A DNA stretch of 64,000 nt from Thermoleophilia bacterium. GTDB lineage: Bacteria > Actinomycetota > Thermoleophilia > Miltoncostaeales > Miltoncostaeaceae. Position numbers and translations under genes: made by a program. The number at the start of each line of letters is the position of its first letter. Positions within the stretch are counted from its first letter, which is position 1. Below the pieces are notes generated by a model, which did no database searches, was not told the DNA's origin, and saw nothing but the letters and a program-made list of their open reading frames with translations. The stretch is taken from positions 13,447 to 77,446 of the forward strand of contig JADLHW010000097.1 of assembly GCA_020848615.1 (NCBI GenBank), in the 5' to 3' direction. This document shows, piece by piece, positions 20,848-28,202 of the stretch.

Positions 20848-21969
20848 CTACGGGCGGACGGCTCCCACGAAGTCGCTGCCCCGCTCGGCGAGGCTGCTGA
20901 CCTTCACCACGTCGCCGGTGTGCGGCGCGTGGATGAACTGGCCGCCGCCGATGTAGATGCCCATGTGCCCGAGGTCCTGGTGGAAGAACACCAGGTCGCC
21001 GGGCTGGAGGTCGCCGGGGGCGACCTTCGGGAACGCCGCCCAGATGGCCCCGGTGTAGTGCGGGACGCTCTTGCCGATCTGCCCGTACACGTACGACGCG
21101 AGCCCCGAGCAGTCGAAGCCGGACGGGGAGGCGCCGCCCCACACGTAGGGCACGCCCAGGTACTGCATCGCGATCCCGACGACCGCCCCGTTCCCGCCGC
21201 CCCCGCCCGTGGGGGCGTAGGTGGGCGACGACTGCGGGGTGCCCACCGACGACGGCGCGGCGGTGGGGGACGACACGCTCTGCGCGGCGAGGGCCCGCTG
21301 GCGCTGGAGCTCGGCGGCGCGCCGCTCGGCGGCCTGCTTCTCCGCGATGAGCCGTCGCAGCTCGCCCTTGGCGTTGCTGAGCAGGTCCTGGCGGCGCCTG
21401 AGGATCGCGAGGACCTCGGTGCGCCTGGCCTCCGCCTCGGCGACGTGCACCTTGGCGGCGGCGCGGTCCTTCACGAGCTGCACGCGGGCCTCGGCGAGGC
21501 GGTTCAGGTCGCCGCGGATCTGCTCCACCACGGCCCCGTCCTGGTCGCCGATCCGCTCGAACAGGCGGACGCTGTCGACGGCGGACGTGATGCTGCCGCT
21601 GTCCACCACCACCTGCACGAGGGACGGCGGCGGGTCCGCGTAGATGTTGCGGAGCCGCTCCGCGAGCCGGGCCCGGGCCGTGACCAGGTGCTTCTGGGCG
21701 GTCTCGATGAGCTCGGTGTTCTGCTTGATCCGGTTCTGCGCCTGCTCGAGCTCGTACCGTGCGCCGTTGTAGGCCTCGGTGGCCCGCTCGGCCTCACGGT
21801 CCGCGGCGTCGAGCTGGCCCTGCAGGCGATCGACCTCCGCCTGCTGGCTGCTGATCGACCCCGGCTGCGCCGCCACGTAGGTCGGGACGGCGATGCCACC
21901 GGCGATGCCGGCGGCGATGAGAGCGATTGCGGCGCGGCGCCGCGTGACGCGACCGGAGCGGATCGGCAC
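20848..21969 (-). CDS. Secreted coiled-coil NlpC/P60 endopeptidase (RipA/CwlO-like)
   Basis: The N-terminus has a TM/signal segment (AAIALIAAGIAGGIAV) followed by a long coiled-coil. The C-terminal GVPYVWGGASPSGFDCSGL...GDLVFF...HMGIYIGGGQFIHAP is NlpC/P60 with the catalytic Cys. The start is GTG 21969 (AAGGAG just upstream) or ORF-track 22038. Confidence 0.85.
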   Translation of the reverse strand: MPIRSGRVTRRRAAIALIAAGIAGGIAVPTYVAAQPGSISSQQAEVDRLQGQLDAADREAERATEAYNGARYELEQAQNRIKQNTELIETAQKHLVTARARLAERLRNIYADPPPSLVQVVVDSGSITSAVDSVRLFERIGDQDGAVVEQIRGDLNRLAEARVQLVKDRAAAKVHVAEAEARRTEVLAILRRRQDLLSNAKGELRRLIAEKQAAERRAAELQRQRALAAQSVSSPTAAPSSVGTPQSSPTYAPTGGGGGNGAVVGIAMQYLGVPYVWGGASPSGFDCSGLASYVYGQIGKSVPHYTGAIWAAFPKVAPGDLQPGDLVFFHQDLGHMGIYIGGGQFIHAPHTGDVVKVSSLAERGSDFVGAVRP

Positions 21970-22088
21970 GGCTCCTTGCTCGGAAGCGGGACGTGTCGGG
22001 CCGAGCGGTGGCCGCGACGGAGGCGACGCTAACCGCACCCGCTTGCCGATTCAAGCGTGCCGGGCCGGGTCCGTCACTTTTTCGTAAC

Positions 22089-22131
22089 TCCTGCCCGGGG
22101 AACTTGGCGGTGTCCGGTGGACCGGGCAGGA
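22089..22131 (+). promoter_or_regulatory. Leader hairpin that sequesters the Shine-Dalgarno of the M23 peptidase gene
   Basis: Perfect 10-bp inverted repeat TCCTGCCCGG (22089-22098) / CCGGGCAGGA (22122-22131). The right arm contains AGGA 8 nt before ATG 22140. An alternative pairing is CGGGGAA (22096-22102) / TTCCCCG (22132-22138). Confidence 0.35.
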
Positions 22132-22139
22132 TTCCCCGC

Positions 22140-23570
22140 ATGCTGGTGTCCCGGCGATTCCGTGTGCTCGCGCCCGCAACGCTCGTTGCGCTGGCCATCG
22201 GGCTGGCATGGGTGTTGCAGGCCGTGTCCGCGGGTGCCTCCGGCGGCGGCGCGCAGGTGACCGCCCGCGGGGTGCTCACCGGCGGCGGCAGCCTCGCCGC
22301 GGTCACGGCCGCCACCGGCGGCGCCGACACCCGTTCGGCGGCCGCCGCCGGCGTGGTGGACCCGCTGGGCACCGTCGGCTCCGTGCAGGTCACCGCGCGG
22401 GCCCGCCGCGACGGCACCGGCAGCGCCGCGTCGGGTGCGGTGTCCGCCCGCGACCTGTCCCTGCTGGGCGGGCGCGTGATGATCGGCCGCCTGCGGATGA
22501 CCGCCCGCGCGGCCGCCGACGGCACCCAAACCCGTGCGGAGCTCGTGGAGGTCACCGCCCAGGACGCCACGCTGGACGGTGCGCCGCTCACCCTGGGGCC
22601 CGGGTCGCGCGTCGACGTGCCGGGTGCCGGCGTGGTGCTGGTGGGCGAGGTGTCGTCGGACACGCCCGGGGGGCTCCGCGTGAACGGCGTGCGGGTCGTC
22701 GCGGACGCCGCCGACGCCGGTGGCCTGGTCGTGGGCCATGTCGACCTGCTCGCGGTCGCCGGGCCCGGCGCCGTCCGCGACGACCGGCCCGCGCCGTCGC
22801 CGGACCCCGACCTGGCGCAGGGGCCGTCCGCGACCCCGCCCGCCGAGGAGTCACCGGCCACCTCGCCGCCGGCGCCGTCGACGCCGGCCCCCGTGACGAC
22901 CGCCCCCGTCACCACCGCGCCCGCGACGGTCCCCGAGGCCCCGGTCACGACGCCCGCCACGGGGCCCGCGCCGCGACTGCTGCCGGGCACGCCGGGCGCC
23001 GCCACCGTCCCCGTGCGCCCCGCCGGCCCGGCGTTCCCGGTGGCCGGGGAGACCTCGTACGGCGACGACTACGGGGCCGCCCGGGCCGGCACCGGTTGGC
23101 ACCAGGGCAACGACCTGTTCGCCGCCGTGGGCACGCCGGTGGTGGCCGTGGCCGACGGGACGATCTCGAAGGTGGGGTGGAACACCCTCGGCGGCAACCG
23201 CCTGTGGCTCACCGACACGGCCGGGACCGGGTACTACTACGCGCACCTGTCCGCGTACGCGCCGGTGGCGTTCGACGGGTCGCAGGTGCGTGCCGGGGAG
23301 GTCATCGCCTACGTCGGCAACACCGGGCAGGCGGCCACCACGCCACCGCACCTGCACTTCGAGGTCCACCCCGGCGGCATGGACGCGGACCCGGTCGACC
23401 CGTACGCCCTGCTTCGCGCCTGGGAGTCGGGCGGCGTCACCGCGTTCGCCGCCGACACCGCGGTCGAGGCCGCCCCGGACGCCGCCGCCGGCGCCGTGAT
23501 GGTGGGCGTGGCCCCCGAGGTCGACACGCCTCCCGCGGCCGCCTCGGGCTCCGCGGTCAGCGCCAGGTAG
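22140..23570 (+). CDS. Secreted M23-family metallopeptidase
   Basis: ATG 22140 (MLVSRRF...) is followed by a signal peptide. The C-terminal domain has WHQGNDLFA...GNRLWL...YYYAHL...GNTGQAATTPPHLHFEVH, giving the HxxxD and HxH motifs. Confidence 0.88.
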   Translation: MLVSRRFRVLAPATLVALAIGLAWVLQAVSAGASGGGAQVTARGVLTGGGSLAAVTAATGGADTRSAAAAGVVDPLGTVGSVQVTARARRDGTGSAASGAVSARDLSLLGGRVMIGRLRMTARAAADGTQTRAELVEVTAQDATLDGAPLTLGPGSRVDVPGAGVVLVGEVSSDTPGGLRVNGVRVVADAADAGGLVVGHVDLLAVAGPGAVRDDRPAPSPDPDLAQGPSATPPAEESPATSPPAPSTPAPVTTAPVTTAPATVPEAPVTTPATGPAPRLLPGTPGAATVPVRPAGPAFPVAGETSYGDDYGAARAGTGWHQGNDLFAAVGTPVVAVADGTISKVGWNTLGGNRLWLTDTAGTGYYYAHLSAYAPVAFDGSQVRAGEVIAYVGNTGQAATTPPHLHFEVHPGGMDADPVDPYALLRAWESGGVTAFAADTAVEAAPDAAAGAVMVGVAPEVDTPPAAASGSAVSAR

Positions 23571-23579
23571 GCGGCGGGC

Positions 23580-24194
23580 TCAGCCCGCCCCGCCGGGCGG
23601 CCGCTGGGCGCGCCGCCGCTCCTCCCGGGCGATGGCCTCCTCGAACCGGCGCAGGACGTCGTCCGGCACGCGGCCCGAGGGGATGTCGTCGAGGGTCGGC
23701 ATCCTGGGCCGATGGTCACGGTCACGCGGGCGCGACCCGGCCCCGGGTGCATCCGCATCCCCGCCGGACGGGGCGTCCTCCAGCAGCTCCTCGAGCTCGG
23801 CGTCGCCCGCCGCGTCGAGGTCGCCGAACAGGGCCGGCTGCTCGGCGGTCTCGCCGCCCTCCTCGCCGTCGTCCGCGGCGGGGCCGCGGATGACGCGCAC
23901 GCCCTCCGGCGGGTCGGGGGTGGCGCGCAGGACCTCGGGTGCGTCCCGCTCCAGGTCGAGGTCGAGGATCGCGGGGCGCGGCCCCATGTCGTCGTCCAGC
24001 GCGATGCCGTCACGCTCGATCACGACGCGGTAGCTGCCGGCGCCGTCGCCGTGCATCACGGTGAGGCGGCCACGCGCCTCCTCCGCGGCGGCCCGCGCGT
24101 CGCGCTCGCTGCGGTGACGGCTCACCTCGCTGCGCTGGGCCAGGGCCATGCCGCCCTCGCCGACCACCACCACCGTGTACCGCTTCCGGAGCAC
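23580..24194 (-). CDS. Hypothetical protein P1 (N-terminal small domain, acidic linker, conserved C-terminal motif shared with 26212-26430)
   Basis: 204-aa ORF with GTG 24194 and GC3-rich codons. The C-terminus is MPTLDDIPSGRVPDDVLRRFEEAIAREERRRAQR. No family was recognised. Confidence 0.6.
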   Translation of the reverse strand: MLRKRYTVVVVGEGGMALAQRSEVSRHRSERDARAAAEEARGRLTVMHGDGAGSYRVVIERDGIALDDDMGPRPAILDLDLERDAPEVLRATPDPPEGVRVIRGPAADDGEEGGETAEQPALFGDLDAAGDAELEELLEDAPSGGDADAPGAGSRPRDRDHRPRMPTLDDIPSGRVPDDVLRRFEEAIAREERRRAQRPPGGAG

Positions 24195-24241
24195 GCCGCG
24201 ACGCTATCTGCTCGGCGGGCCCGCCGCACCCCGGGCCGGTC

Positions 24242-24306
24242 GATTTCACCTCCCGCGCGCAGGTGCCGAATTTCACACCGCTCAGCTGTGATAAATTCGG
24301 GAGGTG
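24242..24306. promoter_or_regulatory. Operator-like repeat array in the P1/cupin divergent intergenic region
   Basis: Three copies of a GA(A)TTT(AT)CAC box are present. GATTTCAC is at 24242-24249, GAATTTCAC at 24268-24276, and an inverted GTGATAAATTC at 24288-24298. A flanking 9-bp inverted repeat is CACCTCCCG (24247-24255) / CGGGAGGTG (24298-24306). This is an AT-rich island in GC-rich DNA. Confidence 0.35.
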
Positions 24307-24378
24307 GCCGGCGCGCTACGGGGAGCGCCGCCGGCCGCCCATGCATTCCCCGACCGCCGCCGCCCGTGAGGTCCGCCC

Positions 24379-24714
24379 ATGAGCACCGATGCCGCCCCCC
24401 TGTTCGTCACGCCCGGCGAGCCGCCCGTCCCCGTGCCGGACAACGGCATCCACTCCGCCACGGTCCGGAAGTGGGGGACCGTGTCGGTGGTGGGGTTCGG
24501 CATGGCGGAGGGTGAGGAGATGAGCGAGCACACCAGCTCGCGCCCCGCGGTGATCGTCGTGACCGACGGGTCCATCGAGGTGAGCGCCGCCGGCCGCACC
24601 GAGGTGCTGGGACCCGGCGGGGTGTGCGCCATGGCACCGGGCACCGTCCACGCGCTGCGGGCGGTGCGACCCTCGTCGATGACCCTCGTCCTGGGACCCG
24701 CGCCCGCAGCCTGA
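24379..24714 (+). CDS. Cupin-domain protein
   Basis: 111-aa ORF. The pattern ...GFGMAEGEEMSEHTS...AVIVVTDGSIEV...GGVCAMAPGTVHAL is a cupin_2-like beta-barrel (G-x5-H-x-H-like region degenerate). Confidence 0.7.
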   Translation: MSTDAAPLFVTPGEPPVPVPDNGIHSATVRKWGTVSVVGFGMAEGEEMSEHTSSRPAVIVVTDGSIEVSAAGRTEVLGPGGVCAMAPGTVHALRAVRPSSMTLVLGPAPAA

Positions 24715-24722
24715 GCCGGGGA

Positions 24723-24741
24723 CCCCGGGCCGCGCCCGGGG
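24723..24741. terminator. Hairpin between convergent genes (cupin / membrane protein)
   Basis: Perfect 8-bp stem CCCCGGGC / GCCCGGGG with loop CGC, in the 28-nt gap between stops 24714 (+) and 24743 (-). There is no T-tract. Confidence 0.35.
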
Positions 24742-24742
24742 C

Positions 24743-25219
24743 TCAGGGGGCCGGCGGGGTCCGGGTGATCGAGCGCTCCCGGACCTTCCTGGCCTCCTCG
24801 GGGGAGAGGACGCTGCGCACCCGCGGCAGGATCGTCACGGCGAACGCGGCGGCGCCCAGCGTCGGCAGCACGGCGCCGAGCCCCAGCAGCACCCGCCACG
24901 CGCCGCCGTGGCCGTCGCTCACCGCGGGTTCCGCGACGAGCCGGACGATGAGGCCCGCGTTGACGAGCGCGAACGCGACCCAGCCGCCCTCGCGTCCGGT
25001 GCGCTGCCCGCGCACGCGGGGGAACATCCAGTACGCGACGCCCATGATGAGCAGGAACAGGAAGCCCAGCAGCAGGATGTGGGCGTGGAGCGACGGCCAG
25101 GGATGGCGGAGCGACGGCTCGTCGAGCGCGGGCTGCAGGAGCATCCACGATCCGAGGGCCATGCCCAGCACCAGGTAGGCGAGCGCGGCCCGGATGCACC
25201 AGCGTGACAGTGACGGCAT
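24743..25219 (-). CDS. Small integral membrane protein resembling a fragment of heme-copper oxidase subunit I
   Basis: 158 aa from ATG 25219, with about 4 TM helices. HAHILLLGFLFLLIMGVAYWMFPR resembles the HxH helix-X region of oxidase subunit I (inference). Confidence 0.65.
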   Translation of the reverse strand: MPSLSRWCIRAALAYLVLGMALGSWMLLQPALDEPSLRHPWPSLHAHILLLGFLFLLIMGVAYWMFPRVRGQRTGREGGWVAFALVNAGLIVRLVAEPAVSDGHGGAWRVLLGLGAVLPTLGAAAFAVTILPRVRSVLSPEEARKVRERSITRTPPAP

Positions 25220-25223
25220 GCCG

Positions 25224-26105
25224 TCATCCTCCCGGATCGACGGGTGCCGCGCCGCCCCCGGACCCGCGCACCACGCCGGCACCCGCGGCGACCACCAGGG
25301 CGATGCCCCCGGCCTGCACGGGCGTGAGCCCCTGGTCCAGCGCGACGAACCCGATGATCGCGGCGATGGCCGGTTCGACCGACAGGAGCACTCCCACGAC
25401 GGTCAGGGAGGCGCGGCGCAGGGCCTGGATCTCCAGCGCGAACCCCAGCGCGTTGCTGAGGGCGCCCACCGTGAGGCCCAGCAGCAGGGCCTGGGGCACG
25501 TCGTGCGCGGCGGGGTGGCTCACCAGCAGGATCGGCGCCGTCACCGCGGCGGCCACGACGAGGGCGGTTGCCAGGCCCGCGAGGCCCGTGCCGCCATGGC
25601 CGAGCCGCCTGGCGAACGTGAGGTAGGTCGCCCACATGGCACCGGCGGCCAGCGCGAAGCCCACGCCCACCGCGCCGGCGTCGCCGTCGAGGCCCCCGGA
25701 CACCAGCGCCACGCCCGCCAGGGCGGTCATCGCCCATCCCACGTCGGACCGGCGGTGCGTGGTGACGGCCGCCAGCGCGATGGGGCCCAGGAACTCGACG
25801 GTCACCGCCGCGCCGAGGGGGATGCGGGAGATCGCCTCGTAGAAGCAGAGGTTCATCGCGGCCGCCGACAGGCCGAGGCCCGTGATGGTGCCCATCGCCT
25901 CGCGGGGCACGCGGCGAAGCGACCGCGGTCCGCCCGCCGCGACGAGCATGATCGCGGCGGCCCCCAGGGCCCGCAGCGCCGTGGCGCCGGCCGGGTCCAC
26001 CAGCGTGAACAGGCGCGTGGCGACGGCCGACCCGGCCTGCACGCTCAGGGCGGTGGCCAGGACCAGCAGGGCGGCCTGGCGCGGGTGCGCGCCCGGGACG
26101 CTCAT
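25224..26105 (-). CDS. EamA/DMT-family exporter (RhtA-like)
   Basis: 293-aa ORF with about 10 TM helices. The sequence ...ALSVQAGSAVATRLF...NLCFYEAISRIPLGAAVTVEFLGP is RhtA/EamA-like. The stop lies 4 nt before the next gene's start. Confidence 0.8.
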   Translation of the reverse strand: MSVPGAHPRQAALLVLATALSVQAGSAVATRLFTLVDPAGATALRALGAAAIMLVAAGGPRSLRRVPREAMGTITGLGLSAAAMNLCFYEAISRIPLGAAVTVEFLGPIALAAVTTHRRSDVGWAMTALAGVALVSGGLDGDAGAVGVGFALAAGAMWATYLTFARRLGHGGTGLAGLATALVVAAAVTAPILLVSHPAAHDVPQALLLGLTVGALSNALGFALEIQALRRASLTVVGVLLSVEPAIAAIIGFVALDQGLTPVQAGGIALVVAAGAGVVRGSGGGAAPVDPGG

Positions 26106-26106
26106 C

Positions 26107-26150
26107 GCGGCACGGGGGCGGGGGCGCTGCTACCGGGCGGCCCGTGCCGC
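26107..26150 (-). promoter_or_regulatory. Hairpin between the small P2 gene and the EamA exporter (terminator/attenuator candidate)
   Basis: Perfect 10-bp inverted repeat GCGGCACGGG (26107-26116) / CCCGTGCCGC (26141-26150) with a 24-nt loop, in the 106-nt gap. Confidence 0.3.
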
Positions 26151-26211
26151 CCGGCCGCCGCGAGGGCGGGCCGGCACGGGTACGGGCGCCGGTTCCGGCT
26201 GCCGCCGGTGG

Positions 26212-26430
26212 TCAGGCGATGGTCTCGGAGGTGCCGCGCAGCGCCCGGCGCTCCTCCTCGCGGGCGATCGCCTCCTCGAAGTACCGGATCACGTCCATGG
26301 GCACCGGCCCGGCGGGCACGTCGTCCCATGTGGGGGTCTGGACCACCCGGAGGGCGGGACGGCGGGTCGTCGGCGCGTCGTCGACCGGGAGGTCGAGCTG
26401 GATCGCGCGGGCCGTGGCGGTGTCGGACAT
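26212..26430 (-). CDS. Small hypothetical protein P2 (72 aa), paralogue of the C-terminal part of P1
   Basis: ATG 26430 sits 7 nt after AGGAG. Codons are GC3-rich. The C-terminus is TPTWDDVPAGPVPMDVIRYFEEAIAREEERRALR. Confidence 0.6.
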   Translation of the reverse strand: MSDTATARAIQLDLPVDDAPTTRRPALRVVQTPTWDDVPAGPVPMDVIRYFEEAIAREEERRALRGTSETIA

Positions 26431-26567
26431 TCGGCGGCTCCTGGAAGCGGCGGTCGCGGTGTCGCATGTCCTGTTCGTCACATCCGCAACGCTTCCCTTC
26501 CCGGAGCGTCCCGATGACGTCTCCGCGGACCGGAGGCGGGAGCCCGTCGCGCACCGCCGGTGTGCGT

Positions 26568-26617
26568 TCTGGCCCAGGAATGCCGCTCTCGGTGTGCGAA
26601 TCGGTTGTAAACGCACA
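26568..26617. promoter_or_regulatory. Repeated CGGTGTGCG boxes upstream of the DeoR regulator (operator candidate)
   Basis: Direct repeats CGGTGTGCG lie at 26568-26576 and 26590-26598, 22 nt apart. An inverted CGCACA lies at 26612-26617, forming TGTGCG-N13-CGCACA. The array ends 24 nt before ATG 26641. Confidence 0.35.
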
Positions 26618-26640
26618 GCCCGCGGTGAGAGGCTCGCCCC

Positions 26641-27402
26641 ATGCGCGGTCCGGAGCGGCGGCAATCGATCCTCGAGCTCCTCGCCGACCGGGGCGAGGTG
26701 CTCATCGCCGAGGTGTGCAAGCGCACGGGCGTCTCGCAGATGACGATCCGTCGGGACCTGGCGGCACTCGAGCGCGAGGGGGCGCTGCAGCGTGTCCACG
26801 GCGGCGCGGTGGCCCGCCAGTCGCGCAGCTACGAGCCGCCGTTCGCGCTCCGCGCCCTGCGGCACCAGGACGCCAAGGCGCGCATCGCCGCCGCCGCCGC
26901 CGCGCTCGTCGCCGAGGGCGAGACCGTCGCCGTGGACGTGGGCACCACCGCCATCGAACTGGCGCGGGCCCTCCGGGACCGGTCGAACATCACCGTCGTC
27001 ACGCCCAACCTCCGCGCCGCCCTCGAGGTCGCCACGAACCCCGACATCCGGGTGATCGTGACCGGGGGGACCGTTCGTCCCGGCGAGCTGAGCATGGTGG
27101 GCCAGATGTCCGAGCGGGTCTTCGCGGAGCTGCGCTGCGACATCGTGTTCCTCGGCGTCGGCGCGATCGACGCGGAGGCCGGCGTCACGGAGTTCAACCT
27201 GGACGACGCCCTGGTGAAGCGCGCCGCCTGCCGCCATGCCCGGCGGCGCGTGGCGCTCGCGGACACCAGCAAGCTCGGGCGGGTCGCGTTCGCGCAGGTC
27301 TGCGCCGCGAGCGACGTGGACGTCCTCATCACCGATTCCGAGGCGGACGAGCACCTGCTCGCCCCGCTGCGAGACCTGGGCATGGAGGTGCTCGTCGCAT
27401 GA
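26641..27402 (+). CDS. DeoR/GlpR-family transcriptional regulator
   Basis: 253-aa ORF. The sequence RRQSILELLADRGEVLIAEVCKRTGVSQMTIRRDLAALE is the wHTH, followed by a C-terminal DeoR sugar-binding domain. Confidence 0.9.
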   Translation: MRGPERRQSILELLADRGEVLIAEVCKRTGVSQMTIRRDLAALEREGALQRVHGGAVARQSRSYEPPFALRALRHQDAKARIAAAAAALVAEGETVAVDVGTTAIELARALRDRSNITVVTPNLRAALEVATNPDIRVIVTGGTVRPGELSMVGQMSERVFAELRCDIVFLGVGAIDAEAGVTEFNLDDALVKRAACRHARRRVALADTSKLGRVAFAQVCAASDVDVLITDSEADEHLLAPLRDLGMEVLVA

Positions 27403-28202
27403 CCCGACCCCGCTTCACGGACCTGTTCGGCAGCGCCAAGCCGGTGATCGCCATGGCGCACCTGCGGCCGCTCCCGGGCACGCCGCTCTACGACGAGCGC
27501 GCCGGCGTCGACGGCATCGTCGCCTCGCTCCGCGAGGATCTGGAGGTCCTCCTCGCCCAGGGCGTCGACGCTGTGATGTTCTGCAACGAGGGCGACCGGC
27601 CGTACACCCTCCGGGCGGGCCTGGAGGGCGTCGCGACGCTCGCCCGCGTGGTCACCGAGCTGCGCCCGAAGGACCGGCCCTTCGGCGTGGACTTCCTGTG
27701 GGACGCCCACGCCGCCCTCGCGGTCGCAGCCGTGACCGGCGCCAGCTTCATCCGCGAGGTCACCACGGGCGTCTACGAGTCGGACATGGGCCTGTGGAAC
27801 ACGGATGCCGCGTCGCTGCTGCGGGAACGGCGGCGCCTGGGCGCCGACCACGTGCAGGTGCTCATGAACGTGACGCCGGAGTTCGCGTCGCAGATCGGCA
27901 CCCGGTCAGTGGGGCAGGTGGCGCGCTCCGCCGTCGTGTCGAGCCTGGCCGACGCGATCCTGGTGTCGGGGCCGATGGCCGGGGCCGAACCGGACCTCTC
28001 CGCCCTCACCGCGGCCAGCGAGGCCGTGGACGGCGCCGTCCCCGTCCTGCTCAACACCGGCGCGAAGTCGACGAACATCGCGACGTTCCTCACGGTCGCC
28101 GACGGGGTGATCGTGGGCAGCGACCTCAAGGTGGACGGCGGCACCTGGAACCCCGTGCATCCCGAGCGCGTCCGACGGTTCATGGAGGCCGCCCGCTCGT
28201 GA
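27399..28202 (+). CDS. BtpA/SgcQ-family TIM-barrel protein (function unknown)
   Basis: ATG 27399 overlaps the deoR stop (ATGA). The sequence FGSAKPVIAMAHLRPLPGTPLYD...VDAVMFCNEGDRPY is the BtpA family pattern. Confidence 0.8.
   Translation: MTRPRFTDLFGSAKPVIAMAHLRPLPGTPLYDERAGVDGIVASLREDLEVLLAQGVDAVMFCNEGDRPYTLRAGLEGVATLARVVTELRPKDRPFGVDFLWDAHAALAVAAVTGASFIREVTTGVYESDMGLWNTDAASLLRERRRLGADHVQVLMNVTPEFASQIGTRSVGQVARSAVVSSLADAILVSGPMAGAEPDLSALTAASEAVDGAVPVLLNTGAKSTNIATFLTVADGVIVGSDLKVDGGTWNPVHPERVRRFMEAARS

Noticed and set aside
22029-22052. Sigma-28/WhiG-like promoter upstream of the M23 peptidase (CTAA ... GCCGATTC).
   Set aside because: GCCGATTC resembles the -10 box GCCGATAA. However, the TAA-like -35 is only 12 nt away rather than about 15. 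The match is short, and no comparable sites were seen upstream of the other hydrolases.
24273-24291. CRP/FNR-type site (TCACA-N9-TGTGA).
   Set aside because: The half-sites are in the opposite order and spacing to the TGTGA-N6-TCACA consensus. It is reported instead as a generic operator-like repeat.
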